DNA from: Candidatus Hadarchaeota archaeon
GTDB taxonomy: Archaea; CAYQAE01; CAYVLA01
NCBI GenBank assembly: GCA_964621445.1
Contig: CAZUNO010000004.1
Coordinates: forward strand, 32,001-96,000
Length of the DNA: 64,000 nucleotides
Direction: 5' to 3'
Shown here: piece by piece, positions 28,220-37,212 of the stretch
How the letters are laid out: each line of letters opens with the position of its first letter
Numbering within the stretch: the first letter of the stretch is position 1
Notes under the pieces: model-generated
The model's input: the letters and a program-made list of their open reading frames with translations, nothing else
The model's database searches: none
Told to the model about the DNA's origin: nothing
Program-made: the position numbers and the translations under genes

Positions 28220-29242
28220 TTACAATCTGGATGAGGGCTTTCCTAGAAGCGGGATACGGGTCCCGCACTCCGTACAGTGATTTCCCTCGTCCAAGTCGAC
28301 CCCCATCAGGGTATAGCCCGATCTTCGAATAACCGGCTTGCCACACTGGGGACAATATGTATTCTCCCACTTGGATCCGTGAATATTACCTGCGTAAACG
28401 TATTTCAGTCCCTTCTTCCTTGCCATCTCAACGGCGTTTTCTATCGTTTCCGTCGGGGTTGGAGGGACACCGGTCATCTTGTAGGCTGGATGGAAACGTG
28501 AGAAGTGTAACGGGGTGTCCTCTCCCAGCGAAAGGACGAAATCAATCAGGTCTTCGATTACCTGATCTGAATCGTTATGTCCCGGCATGATGAGATTGGT
28601 GATTTCGATGGACACGTCATTCCGGTTCCAGATGTTTATTGTCTGCTTGACGGATTCCAGACTGGGCGCCTTGCATAGCTTCCTGTAGAAATCAGGTTGA
28701 GATGACTTGAAATCGACATTGGCACAGTCCAGAACCTCGGCAAGATCCCGCGCGGGCTCGGGGTTTATGTAGCCGTTGGTCACAAAGCAGGTGTAAAGAC
28801 CCTCATCCTGGGCGATACTGAAGGTGTCAAGGGCGTATTCGGTGGTTATGACCGGTTCGTTATAGGTGAAAGCTATGCCTAGACAGTCTCGTTCCTTGGC
28901 GTTTGTCACCACATCCTCAGGAGGGGTCTCATAGGACCTCAGTTCCTCTGGATCAGACTGGGACAGGGTGTAGTTCTGGCAAAATTGGCACTTGAGATTG
29001 CATCCGGCAAGACCTACCGAATAGATGGAACTCCCGGGATAAACATGGAAAAGTGGCTTCTTCTCCACTGGATCAACGGCAAGGGAAACGGGTTTCCCGT
29101 AGGTTAGAGCATATAGCTCCCCTTCCTGGTTCTCCCGTATACGACAGATTCCCCTCTTTCCAGGGTTTATCCTGCATTCATGAGGACAGAGATGACAGAT
29201 CACGGAGTCATTATGGGATTCCCAATAGAGCGCTTTTTTCAA
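28220..29242 (-). CDS. amrS: AmmeMemoRadiSam system radical SAM enzyme
   Basis: CHLCPHEC, DPVEKKPLFH, CNLKCQFCQN, FTYNEP, LHFSRFHP, TYCPQC. Confidence 0.9.
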   Translation of the reverse strand: MKKALYWESHNDSVICHLCPHECRINPGKRGICRIRENQEGELYALTYGKPVSLAVDPVEKKPLFHVYPGSSIYSVGLAGCNLKCQFCQNYTLSQSDPEELRSYETPPEDVVTNAKERDCLGIAFTYNEPVITTEYALDTFSIAQDEGLYTCFVTNGYINPEPARDLAEVLDCANVDFKSSQPDFYRKLCKAPSLESVKQTINIWNRNDVSIEITNLIMPGHNDSDQVIEDLIDFVLSLGEDTPLHFSRFHPAYKMTGVPPTPTETIENAVEMARKKGLKYVYAGNIHGSKWENTYCPQCGKPVIRRSGYTLMGVDLDEGNHCTECGTRIPLLGKPSSRL

Positions 29243-30246
29243 TTCCCTTTGCCCATAAAATGTTGGTATCCCCTGCTTTTCAACCTTTCCACATTACCAT
29301 CCTCTCGCCGGATGAATGTTCCTTCCCCTTCCTCCACGGTTCCCAGGAGCTGGGCAATATCTTCCTCCATAAGCTGGTCCTCGAACTCCAGTGGTGCCGT
29401 GAACAGCAATTCGAAGTCGTCTCCACCATTCAGTGCCAGGTCGGTGGGATTCAGGTCAAGCTGACTGCAGAGAGAACGTGCTTCCTGGGTGAATGGAATT
29501 TTAGATTCCTCGATAACGATGCGAACTCCCGACTGTTTGGAAAGGTGTCCGGCGTCGGTTGACAGTCCGTCACTGACATCGATACAGGAGGTGGGGGCAT
29601 CCATCTCGGCCAGCTTTTTCGTCTCCTCCAGCCGGATTTGCGGGGCCAGGAAGGCTCCAACCACCGGAGCTGAGGATTGGATTTCCTCCTCCAATATGTC
29701 AGGGCATTCAAAATATACATCGGCGTTTGACTGTATAATGGATAGGCCCAGTGCAGCGCTTCCCGGTCTGCCGGTCACAAAAAGACCATCACCCGGGGTG
29801 GCCCCGGACCGGCTAAAGCTCCCGGTAAATGGCTCCCCGACGATGAATCCCGAAAGGATGATCTCCGAGCTCTGGTTTGTATCACCGCCGATGATCTCCA
29901 GCTGGGCCTCGTTGGCGGCCCAGGTCATTCCCTGGAGCATCTTTCGAAAGCTGGCCACGGTAAGGTCCTCTCGCAGACCGAGTGAAACCATCATCCACCT
30001 TGGCTGACAACCCATGGCCGACATATCGCTGACATTGCAGGTCACGTATCTGTGGCCCCAGAAGAGAGGATTTGTATTTTGGGGGATGTCCGTACTTTCA
30101 ATCATCATGTCACAGGTGGAGAGCAGGGGATGGTCATTTTCCAGGGAGGATGCGTCTTCTAGTTCCTCTATTCCAAACTCCTCAGCTAACATTTTTATGA
30201 TTTCCTGTTCGCCTAAATCGAGCAGAGATCGCTGTGCCATCAACAC
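29239..30246 (-). CDS. thiL: thiamine-monophosphate kinase
   Basis: LGEQEII, NVSDMSAMG, IGGDT, RSGA, DVSDGL, GGDDFELLFT. Confidence 0.92.
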   Translation of the reverse strand: MLMAQRSLLDLGEQEIIKMLAEEFGIEELEDASSLENDHPLLSTCDMMIESTDIPQNTNPLFWGHRYVTCNVSDMSAMGCQPRWMMVSLGLREDLTVASFRKMLQGMTWAANEAQLEIIGGDTNQSSEIILSGFIVGEPFTGSFSRSGATPGDGLFVTGRPGSAALGLSIIQSNADVYFECPDILEEEIQSSAPVVGAFLAPQIRLEETKKLAEMDAPTSCIDVSDGLSTDAGHLSKQSGVRIVIEESKIPFTQEARSLCSQLDLNPTDLALNGGDDFELLFTAPLEFEDQLMEEDIAQLLGTVEEGEGTFIRREDGNVERLKSRGYQHFMGKGN

Positions 30247-30281
30247 TTTGGCACGGCGAGTTAGGTAAATATCTTTTCAGT

Positions 30282-30370
30282 GCCCCGGTAGCTTAGCTGG
30301 CTTGAGCGGCGGATTCGTATCCTTGTAGAGAAAGATCCGCAGGTCGTGGGTTCGAATCCCACCCGGGGCT
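30282..30370 (+). tRNA. tRNA-Thr(CGT) with a 15-nt intron (30320-30334) at the canonical 37/38 site
   Basis: Acceptor GCCCCGG/CCGGGGC, discriminator T, D arm GCTT/GAGC, anticodon stem GCGGA/TCCGC with loop TT-CGT-A|A, T arm GTGGG-TTCGAAT-CCCAC; CCA not encoded. Confidence 0.93.
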
Positions 30371-30684
30371 GATCCTTTGCATGCTTCAGTTTAAGGTAAT
30401 GTGTTCCACATTTGAGTGAGATTTTGCGGCGAAGAACTAGGATTCCTTTCTATGTGGTTTTATCGGCATTCTTGGTTGCTTGGTTGGGATAGCTGGACTG
30501 ATGCTGAATGAAATTGGTCATAGGGTATACAACCTCGTTGATCATGATTTTGCCTTTCCAATGGCTCAGTCTTTTCGAAGGATGTATTTTACCAAACATA
30601 GCCTATTGTTTTTCGATGAAAACTAGTCTCTGCCTACTTGATAGAAAAAAGAAGGAACAGAATTTAGCTGCCTCTTATTTTACC

Positions 30685-30882
30685 TTAGCCTCCAATTGTG
30701 TATTCGTCGTACTCCGTCTTCTTCCATTCATTGTAGTTTGATCCCGTCCAACTTAGATCAATGCTGACATAGGGGGAACCGGCCGAGATACCAATAGTGA
30801 ATGATCCCCACAAACCCCAGTTGTGGTGGTACCCATAGAATCCTGTAGCGCTTTTGCCCCAAGAATCTTCACTGTTAGCCAA
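30685..30882 (-). pseudogene. C-terminal remnant of a probable secreted beta-rich protein
   Basis: Plausible sequence FYGYHHNWGLWGSFTIGISAGSPYVSIDLSW, but in-frame stops lie immediately upstream; AT-rich context. Confidence 0.35.
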
Positions 30883-31016
30883 TTATTGATAATAGTATAT
30901 CAAATGCCAAATAGCAGCGTTATTGGGCTTTCACCTTTTCCGACCTACCGTTAACTAAGCGGTTTGCCTAAATATTACACCCCGATACAAGATTGGTCAC
31001 AGCCCGCTACTGGTGG

Positions 31017-31238
31017 TTAAGAAACGTCTTGACTAGTACAGGTTCTAGCCCAGATACACCAAGCTATCCAAGTAAGAGCACACGCCATAACTAACCGAGC
31101 CGAATTAGGAGTGTAAAATGTGTTGTCCATCCCACCAGTGCCAACGAGAAGTAGCAAATATCCGAAACTCACAAAGGTGACTCCAGCAAGAATCCTCCCA
31201 ACCCATCTCACTGTTTTTCCACCATGCCCAGAGTTCAT
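31017..31238 (-). CDS. small two-TM membrane protein (73 aa)
   Basis: ATG preceded by AGGTGA SD-like sequence; two hydrophobic segments. Confidence 0.5.
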   Translation of the reverse strand: MNSGHGGKTVRWVGRILAGVTFVSFGYLLLLVGTGGMDNTFYTPNSARLVMACALTWIAWCIWARTCTSQDVS

Positions 31239-31406
31239 TCCACATCACCTATCGGAGCTGGCATAATCCTTATCACAAATATTTTTTTCGTCAAGCGTCA
31301 GGCACTCCACCGGGAATCTTGAGTCAGTAAGCTTAACCACCCCACCACCACAAACAGGGGGGTGAAATAGGTTTAGGATAACACACCTCACTCACAATCA
31401 AAATTT

Positions 31407-31429
31407 AGATATTTGTACGGTAAATATCT
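31407..31429. promoter_or_regulatory. 8-bp inverted repeat AGATATTT-N7-AAATATCT upstream of the membrane-protein pair
   Basis: Perfect inverted repeat about 20 nt upstream of ATG 31450, overlapping TATA-like sequence. Confidence 0.35.
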
Positions 31430-31449
31430 TTACATGAGGGGAGTTTGGC

Positions 31450-31998
31450 ATGGTGAGAACGGATAGACAGTTCTTTTGGGCGTTTGTAGCCATTGTGTGT
31501 TTCTTGGCTTCAGTCTACACTTGGTATCTCAGCCTCCAACGCGAACCCTATGTCTTTGAACCTATGATATGGTCCGGGGTGGCTGCGGTGGGTTTCCTGG
31601 CATCATTCTACCCTGTGCATCGTAGCGACCTCTTACCTGTCCGTGTTTCTCCGTTCATCTTCTCCGGTGGAGCTATGGTGTTCTTTCTTGCTTCGTTCTA
31701 CCTTTGGTATCATAGCCCCTTTCTAACTTTCCGCCTGCTGGCAGGTGGACTAGTTGTGATCGCCTTGGGTCACGCATATAGAACCATCGGCGGCATAGAG
31801 TGGATGATCTGGCTCACACCAGTCATTATCGAGCTAGCTTTCTGGCCCAGACTGGTGATCGACGCCCTTACCGGCTATTCATTCCCGTATCCTTCCTATG
31901 ACCTAAGGGCTCTCATCTATCCCCCGCTGTTCATAGCTGGACTATTACTGGCACGGAGAAAGTACGCCAACCATCTTAGAGGTCAGACATCGGCTTGA
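31450..31998 (+). CDS. hypothetical multi-pass membrane protein (paralogue A)
   Basis: About 6 hydrophobic segments; shares HAY.T.GG.EW.IWL.P..IELAFWPRL and RALIYP with the next gene. Confidence 0.75.
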   Translation: MVRTDRQFFWAFVAIVCFLASVYTWYLSLQREPYVFEPMIWSGVAAVGFLASFYPVHRSDLLPVRVSPFIFSGGAMVFFLASFYLWYHSPFLTFRLLAGGLVVIALGHAYRTIGGIEWMIWLTPVIIELAFWPRLVIDALTGYSFPYPSYDLRALIYPPLFIAGLLLARRKYANHLRGQTSA

Positions 31999-32145
31999 TC
32001 ACCGTCGTATAGGCTTCGGTGTACATGGTGGGCTTATTGGATGCAAATTCAGGGCGCTGTATCCGGTGCTTTTCTACCTGAGGTACGAATCTCACCCGGT
32101 TCCATTAACTACTTCAGTATCACTATTACATTCTATGAATTGGGC

Positions 32146-32583
32146 ATGGTATCTCTGGATCAGGTGAAGGGAATGCGACTAAAAGACCTGGCGAACTCTC
32201 CTTACCGCGTAGCGGCCACGGCTATGCTGTGTTTCCTGATCCTTTTTTACATTCACCCCGAGATCCTGTCTTTTCTGGCCATGTCCCAAGCTTTTGTATA
32301 CAGCCTCGTGTTCTTGCGGACGCTGGTTGCGATTGTGGCCATCATTGCCCTTCTTCATGCATATATAACCGTAGGAGGTGTGGAATGGATTATCTGGCTG
32401 GCACCGGCTGTTATTGAGTTAGCTTTTTGGCCTAGATTGCTACTCACGGTGCTATTCCAATACTATATCTGGTATCCCTCATGGAGTTCAAGGGCCCTAA
32501 TCTATCCCTTATTGCTGGTAGTGGGATTCTTGCTCTCTCGACGAAGGTACTTAGCCTTCCTGCGATCGGCATCTGGCGTTTGA
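32146..32583 (+). CDS. hypothetical multi-pass membrane protein (paralogue B)
   Basis: Paralogous to the C-terminal part of 31450-31998; similar start context GGCATGGT at 32146 (ORF extends to 32041). Confidence 0.7.
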   Translation: MVSLDQVKGMRLKDLANSPYRVAATAMLCFLILFYIHPEILSFLAMSQAFVYSLVFLRTLVAIVAIIALLHAYITVGGVEWIIWLAPAVIELAFWPRLLLTVLFQYYIWYPSWSSRALIYPLLLVVGFLLSRRRYLAFLRSASGV

Positions 32584-32806
32584 CGCCCTTCATTTGGGGT
32601 AATAGGGCGCGTGGTCACCCGGTATTGGCTTTGGTGAGTTGGTTGAGCCAGGTTCTTCATTTTTCGACCAACGTCAGAAAGACCAATACTCCTGGCGATA
32701 CTGTGCACGTGGCGATCTGCAGCCCATCTGTTTACCAAAATAAGTAGCTTTATGAGAGCCCTGACCTTCAAAATGAAGGGGCAATTTGGTGCTTTTTACC
32801 TGAGGG

Positions 32807-34309
32807 TCAGTCTCTCTCCGATTGGGGCGGGCTCACGGGAGCTTCATCCCCCGATCGTGTCCGTTGATTACCGAACTTTTCGCCGTAATAATTTATATCA
32901 AAAAATCTGTATACATCCGTGGGTTCGATATCCTTGACTTTGGCCGCCCCCTCCCTGATCTGTTGAAGCTTCGGGAGTTTGGGTTCAGATCGGCCCACAA
33001 CCAGCGCCAGACGGCGTGGGAACACGGCATCGGCCGCGAATGCCTCCTCGTACTCCACGCGGATATTGAGCGCGTTTTCCGGAAGGGCCACCGATATCTC
33101 GCCGGATGGTTCTATCGTCTTGGGGAATCCTGGGATAGGCTCCCCGTCCACATTGACCTGGGTTAGCAGAAGATAGTTCTCGGATATGTTGCTAAAGGCA
33201 GCCTTGTCGGGCTCATTAATCATCACCTCGATGTCCTGGTCCCTGGTGACCGGCTTCCCCTTGACAATGAAAGAAAACTTGGGATCGAGACCCTTGAACT
33301 GTCCCCTCTCGTACTCGGCTGCCCGGGGCAGACGGTAGAAAATGTTGTATATGCACAGGTGGGTATCGGAGTACTCCTTCAGAACCCCGCGATACTCCCT
33401 GAACTTTCCATCGGGAGATAATACCTTAATCTTCACCAGCATGCCTATGCTGTTCTCGAGGAGGGCCTCGTACTTGCTGGGGGTGTAGGTAAAGGCGGTT
33501 GTCCGAGCCTCGGTGGCGATCTTCTGCATCTCCTCCGATCGCCCCTTGGTGAAGTAACCGGTGACCATGGTCGCTATCTGCTTGACACGGTCCCAGGCAA
33601 ATGCGATGAAGTTTCCCAGGGACCTCGAGGTCCTTCTGAGGAATCCGGGGTGAAAGAACTTCTCCCAGGCAACAAGTCGCGCCTTCATCTCAATATCCGG
33701 CAGCTCCTTGAAGAATCGGACGATACACAAGAGCCTATCCAGATCCTTGGAGTACACCTTGTGTGAGGCCTCTGGAGGCCGCTCGAACGGATTTAGGACA
33801 TAGTCGGAGTCCACGTCCACCTGTCCCCTGGATTTGAGCAGGCTGCGTATCCTTTCCGCGGCCCTTGAGTATTTCTCGTTTCCAGTGAACATCTGCGCCG
33901 TCCTCAGATAGGATATTAACTGTGAGAGGTTGTCGATGGCCTCCAGGTCATAGTTAACCTCAAAGCCGTTCCCGGCTTGAATCGGGACCTCCAGGACCCC
34001 AGAGTAGGCGTAGATGGCGGTGTCGCCCTCCTTGCCGCTGGTGAGAATGGCCTCAACGTGGTAACCCCCGAAATCCTTGATGCAGCGGTCCCGGGACTTG
34101 CGCAACAGTATGTAGCTTATGATAACGAATACGATAAGGGCGATGAACGCCAACATGATCAGTCTGAAATCGGAGTTGTTCTGCCACAGTTCGATAAACG
34201 TGCTCCAGAACCACCGCCAGAGCTCCGATAGCCACTGGATGGCGTCAGATATGGCGTTCCACATCTTGTCGCCAATTCCTCCATTTAACAGGTTGGTCAT
34301 GCCTATCAA
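32807..34309 (-). CDS. hypothetical protein with N-terminal TM anchor (about 500 aa)
   Basis: Long clean ORF; TM FRLIMLAFIALIVFVIISYILL followed by RKSR; no confident family assignment. Confidence 0.75.
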   Translation of the reverse strand: MIGMTNLLNGGIGDKMWNAISDAIQWLSELWRWFWSTFIELWQNNSDFRLIMLAFIALIVFVIISYILLRKSRDRCIKDFGGYHVEAILTSGKEGDTAIYAYSGVLEVPIQAGNGFEVNYDLEAIDNLSQLISYLRTAQMFTGNEKYSRAAERIRSLLKSRGQVDVDSDYVLNPFERPPEASHKVYSKDLDRLLCIVRFFKELPDIEMKARLVAWEKFFHPGFLRRTSRSLGNFIAFAWDRVKQIATMVTGYFTKGRSEEMQKIATEARTTAFTYTPSKYEALLENSIGMLVKIKVLSPDGKFREYRGVLKEYSDTHLCIYNIFYRLPRAAEYERGQFKGLDPKFSFIVKGKPVTRDQDIEVMINEPDKAAFSNISENYLLLTQVNVDGEPIPGFPKTIEPSGEISVALPENALNIRVEYEEAFAADAVFPRRLALVVGRSEPKLPKLQQIREGAAKVKDIEPTDVYRFFDINYYGEKFGNQRTRSGDEAPVSPPQSERD

Positions 34310-34371
34310 TCGCTCCTAAGGACATTAACGTAACTGGAATGCCGAGATTTTAGGGTTGAGATTACGGTCCT

Positions 34372-34456
34372 TGCTCAAGAACTAGCTTCAGGGAAGTTCT
34401 TAAACATTGCCCCCGAACCCCGAACATCTAGCTGGGTCAGACGTGGACTCGGGGTT
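34372..34456 (-). other. two adjacent RNA hairpins (candidate leader or ncRNA)
   Basis: Minus strand: AACCCCGA..ACGTCT/AGATGT..TCGGGGTT and TGTTTAAGAACT/AGTTCTTGAGCA; the mismatches resolve as G-U pairs only on the minus strand. Confidence 0.4.
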
Positions 34457-34518
34457 TAAACGAATCATCGGCCCTATGCGATCCCACTTCCGGTTATATG
34501 GCTTATAGTGGTATATGC

Positions 34519-34929
34519 TTAAGGGACGGTTTCAAACCGGTGGATATTCCGCGCACCGTCAAAACCCTTGTCGAATGAAAAGATTCCCGAAGCTCCCTTA
34601 TTGCGAATGACTACTATACTCACGGCATCGGCAAAGCTCAGCTGCTCGTATCTCTTGAATATATGATATGCTGCATTTAGAATATCTCTGTCCACATACA
34701 CTATCTCAAGATGATCGGAATCGAGCATTACTCGGGCCACCTCAGGAGAGCGGTCGGGCCTTATCTTCATCCTAAGATATGTAGTAACCTCGCCGAGAAT
34801 ATGGTCGGTAATCAGGGCTCTGCCAAGCTCTCCGTTCACTAGGCTTTGAAGTATCACTTTAGCTTTCTGGTGATATCTGTCATTTGGGTTGAAAGCACCA
34901 ATCCATACCCCGGAATCTATAACATACAT
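34519..34929 (-). CDS. vapC: VapC-family PIN-domain toxin
   Basis: VIDSGVW, D.YH, ILGEV, LSFADAVS, IFSFDKGFD. Confidence 0.9.
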   Translation of the reverse strand: MYVIDSGVWIGAFNPNDRYHQKAKVILQSLVNGELGRALITDHILGEVTTYLRMKIRPDRSPEVARVMLDSDHLEIVYVDRDILNAAYHIFKRYEQLSFADAVSIVVIRNKGASGIFSFDKGFDGARNIHRFETVP

Positions 34930-34931
34930 GT

Positions 34932-35180
34932 CTACCCCTCCTCGTAAGCGACGTGATTCATCTCTTTTGTTGCGTCCGAATCTTCTTCGGTAGGAAGGGC
35001 TCCAAGGAGCTTATTGAGGGGATCCTCCTTTTCCCTCTTCCGCACTCTGACATAAACCTCATCTCCGATTACGCTCCAGATGACCTCATCTCCCTGATTC
35101 AGTTCGAATCTTTTTCTTATGGAGGCCGGTACAACCGTCTGAAAGCCCTTTGAGATCTTGGTAACGTCCACCAATTTCAT
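34932..35180 (-). CDS. AbrB/MazE/SpoVT-family antitoxin
   Basis: TKISKGFQTVVPASIRKRFELNQGDEV; 2 bp upstream of vapC. Confidence 0.88.
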   Translation of the reverse strand: MKLVDVTKISKGFQTVVPASIRKRFELNQGDEVIWSVIGDEVYVRVRKREKEDPLNKLLGALPTEEDSDATKEMNHVAYEEG

Positions 35181-35198
35181 ATCACCATGTAGAATTAG

Positions 35199-35220
35199 AA
35201 TATTAAAAGTATTTAATGTT
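35199..35220. promoter_or_regulatory. inverted repeat over the TA promoter (putative autoregulatory operator)
   Basis: AATATTAAA-AGTA-TTTAATGTT (1 mismatch), 19-40 nt upstream of the antitoxin start. Confidence 0.45.
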
Positions 35221-35620
35221 TTTATTTGTGAAAAGCTTCTTTATTATGAGATAATTTTGATTCATGGGAGTGAAAGCTTTGATCGGTCTTCCGGAACCTT
35301 CATCGGAGACACATCGTTGGCAATGATTACATACATCCCATTAATCTATCATCCATTGATATTTCTTGGCTTCAAATGTGGTTGAGGGGCATGGGCAGCG
35401 AGGAAAAAGAACCACATGCTTCATCCGTACAACCGCCCGCAGTCAGGAAGATGCTTGGAATTTTGTTATCTAATCCCATATTAGGGTAAAGTGGTAAATC
35501 GGCCCCTTTGTTAAACCGGTGAAGGATAAAGTCCTACATCGTTCTTCGAATTCACTTCAGGTTTTCCATGTATGTCAAGCTTGTTAAGTAAGCGATTAGG
35601 GCTGTCTCTTGAGCTGGTAT

Positions 35621-36076
35621 TTAGGGGACCATGAACGGCACACGCCCCGCATATTTCTCATAGGCTTCACCGTACCTTGACTTTAGGTGTAGATCCTCGA
35701 TCTTGGCGAGGACCAGGTAGGCAGAAACCTCCAGAAGCCAGGCCACTGCAATCCATATGCCAGCGATTGACTCCCCGCCCTCACCCCAGACCCACACCGG
35801 ATTCATCCGCAGCACGCCAACCGTTAACCCACCGGTAAGCAATATGAGGCCAAGGTATTGGGGATGCAGGAATCCTCCCCCTAATATGGCCCCTCTGAAC
35901 AGAAGCATCAACAAAGAAATCAGGACAACTCCTGCAAGCGGCATGCTCATCGCCCCCCAGAACATCCACGTATTGGGCACGAACTGAAATAGGGGGACTA
36001 GAAGACCAAAAAACCAAAGGATGGCACCCTTTATCTTCTGGGTGCGAGAAGTGGGGTTATCGGATTCCATCGGCAA
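35621..36076 (-). pseudogene. internally truncated isoprenylcysteine carboxyl methyltransferase (ICMT/PEMT)-family protein
   Basis: HPQYLG and E...L..RYG..Y..Y...VPF are present, but the upstream GxYxxxR motif and central TMs appear to be missing. Confidence 0.55.
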
Positions 36077-36416
36077 GACTTCTCGATCTTCATTCTTTAT
36101 TTGTGAACTGAAACGATATCAAAATTGGACCTGAAACGAACTATGCCCGATGGGATAGGATCGGTTTCCAGTCAACCATTCAAAGGCCGATGTCTCATTT
36201 GTAAGCGCCAAGAGACAGGTGGTCATCAAGTTTCATGGTCAGCGCAGAACTACACCTGCTTTCGCTAGGGATGTTTAGATAAATAAATATAGTGATCTTG
36301 AGAATGGTAATGATTGACCTTCACTAGAAGTGGAGGAAAGTATGGCTTTGATGATGGTAGCCAATCCCTCAATAATCAAATTTCTTCGCAAGGCGTCCGA
36401 TGCTCGACAACATCTC

Positions 36417-37208
36417 TCAGATCTTTATATCCCGTCTTCCGAAATACCACATGGCGGCAACCAGACATAGTACGGTAACCGCCAGGAGAACTAAGCCCCC
36501 TCTAAGGTCGGGGTTCCCCTCCAGAAGCGTGTCAACCGGATCGTAGTAATGAACCAGGGAGAACAGTCCCAGGTCCTCGTAATCGGGCGAAAGAATGCTT
36601 ATTGACTCCAGTATATAGGCCCCGATGACGATCGCCATGGCGACTATGCTTGCCTTCATCTTCCTGTCTATGATCACAGATACCAATAATCCGATGGCAA
36701 CCACCGATAGGAAGTAGGGGATTGACATGATGTGAGTCATGGCTAGGTTCGCGAGATCGATTTCTTCGCCTATCGCGGGAGTGACGGCATAGACCGAGAT
36801 CATTGCCCCGAATACCACCGCCAATATCATTGGCAACAGTCCAGTGAATTTCTCAAACACGATCCTGTATCTGGGAATCGGATTGGAGAGGAGCATGTCC
36901 ATGGTCTTTGCCTCGATCTCCTTCGATACGGATGAACCTGCTATGTACGCAAAAAGGAGGCCTCCGACTAGGATCCAGAAAATCTGGTAGAACTCCCCGT
37001 TGAGGAACCCAGGGTAGGAAGCAAAGCTCTGAAAGCCCCTTATAGGCATGGAGGGGATGTTATCCATCATCTCATCCATGTAGTCCTTGAAAGCGGGCCA
37101 CATGGCCGCGTAAACTGCCGCCAATAAAACGAAGATGAGCGTCAAAATCACCGTGGTCTTGAGATTATCCTTAACCGTTCGGACGGCGACGTTAGGCCTC
37201 AATCTCAT
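36417..37208 (-). CDS. ABC-2 type transporter permease
   Basis: Six TMs, EIEAKTMDMLLSNPIPR, C-terminal FGRRDI. Confidence 0.9.
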   Translation of the reverse strand: MRLRPNVAVRTVKDNLKTTVILTLIFVLLAAVYAAMWPAFKDYMDEMMDNIPSMPIRGFQSFASYPGFLNGEFYQIFWILVGGLLFAYIAGSSVSKEIEAKTMDMLLSNPIPRYRIVFEKFTGLLPMILAVVFGAMISVYAVTPAIGEEIDLANLAMTHIMSIPYFLSVVAIGLLVSVIIDRKMKASIVAMAIVIGAYILESISILSPDYEDLGLFSLVHYYDPVDTLLEGNPDLRGGLVLLAVTVLCLVAAMWYFGRRDIKI

Positions 37209-37212
37209 TACG

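Noticed and set aside
28220-29242. Radical SAM enzyme as the anaerobic sulfatase maturase
   Set aside because: Motifs match AmrS; there is no SPASM-type C-terminal Cys cluster like that of anSME
31336-31366. CACCCC..GGGGTG hairpin as an IS200/IS605 end
   Set aside because: Only a 6-bp stem, no tnpA/tnpB; GGGGGTGA is equally explained as an orphan SD sequence
36100-36145. CTGAAACGA occurs twice and resembles a CRISPR repeat end
   Set aside because: Only 9 bp, copies about 23 bp apart, no full repeat-spacer periodicity, no cas genes
30340-36400. Intact integrated element with attL/attR at tRNA-Thr
   Set aside because: No integrase, and no second copy of the tRNA 3' end found by eye
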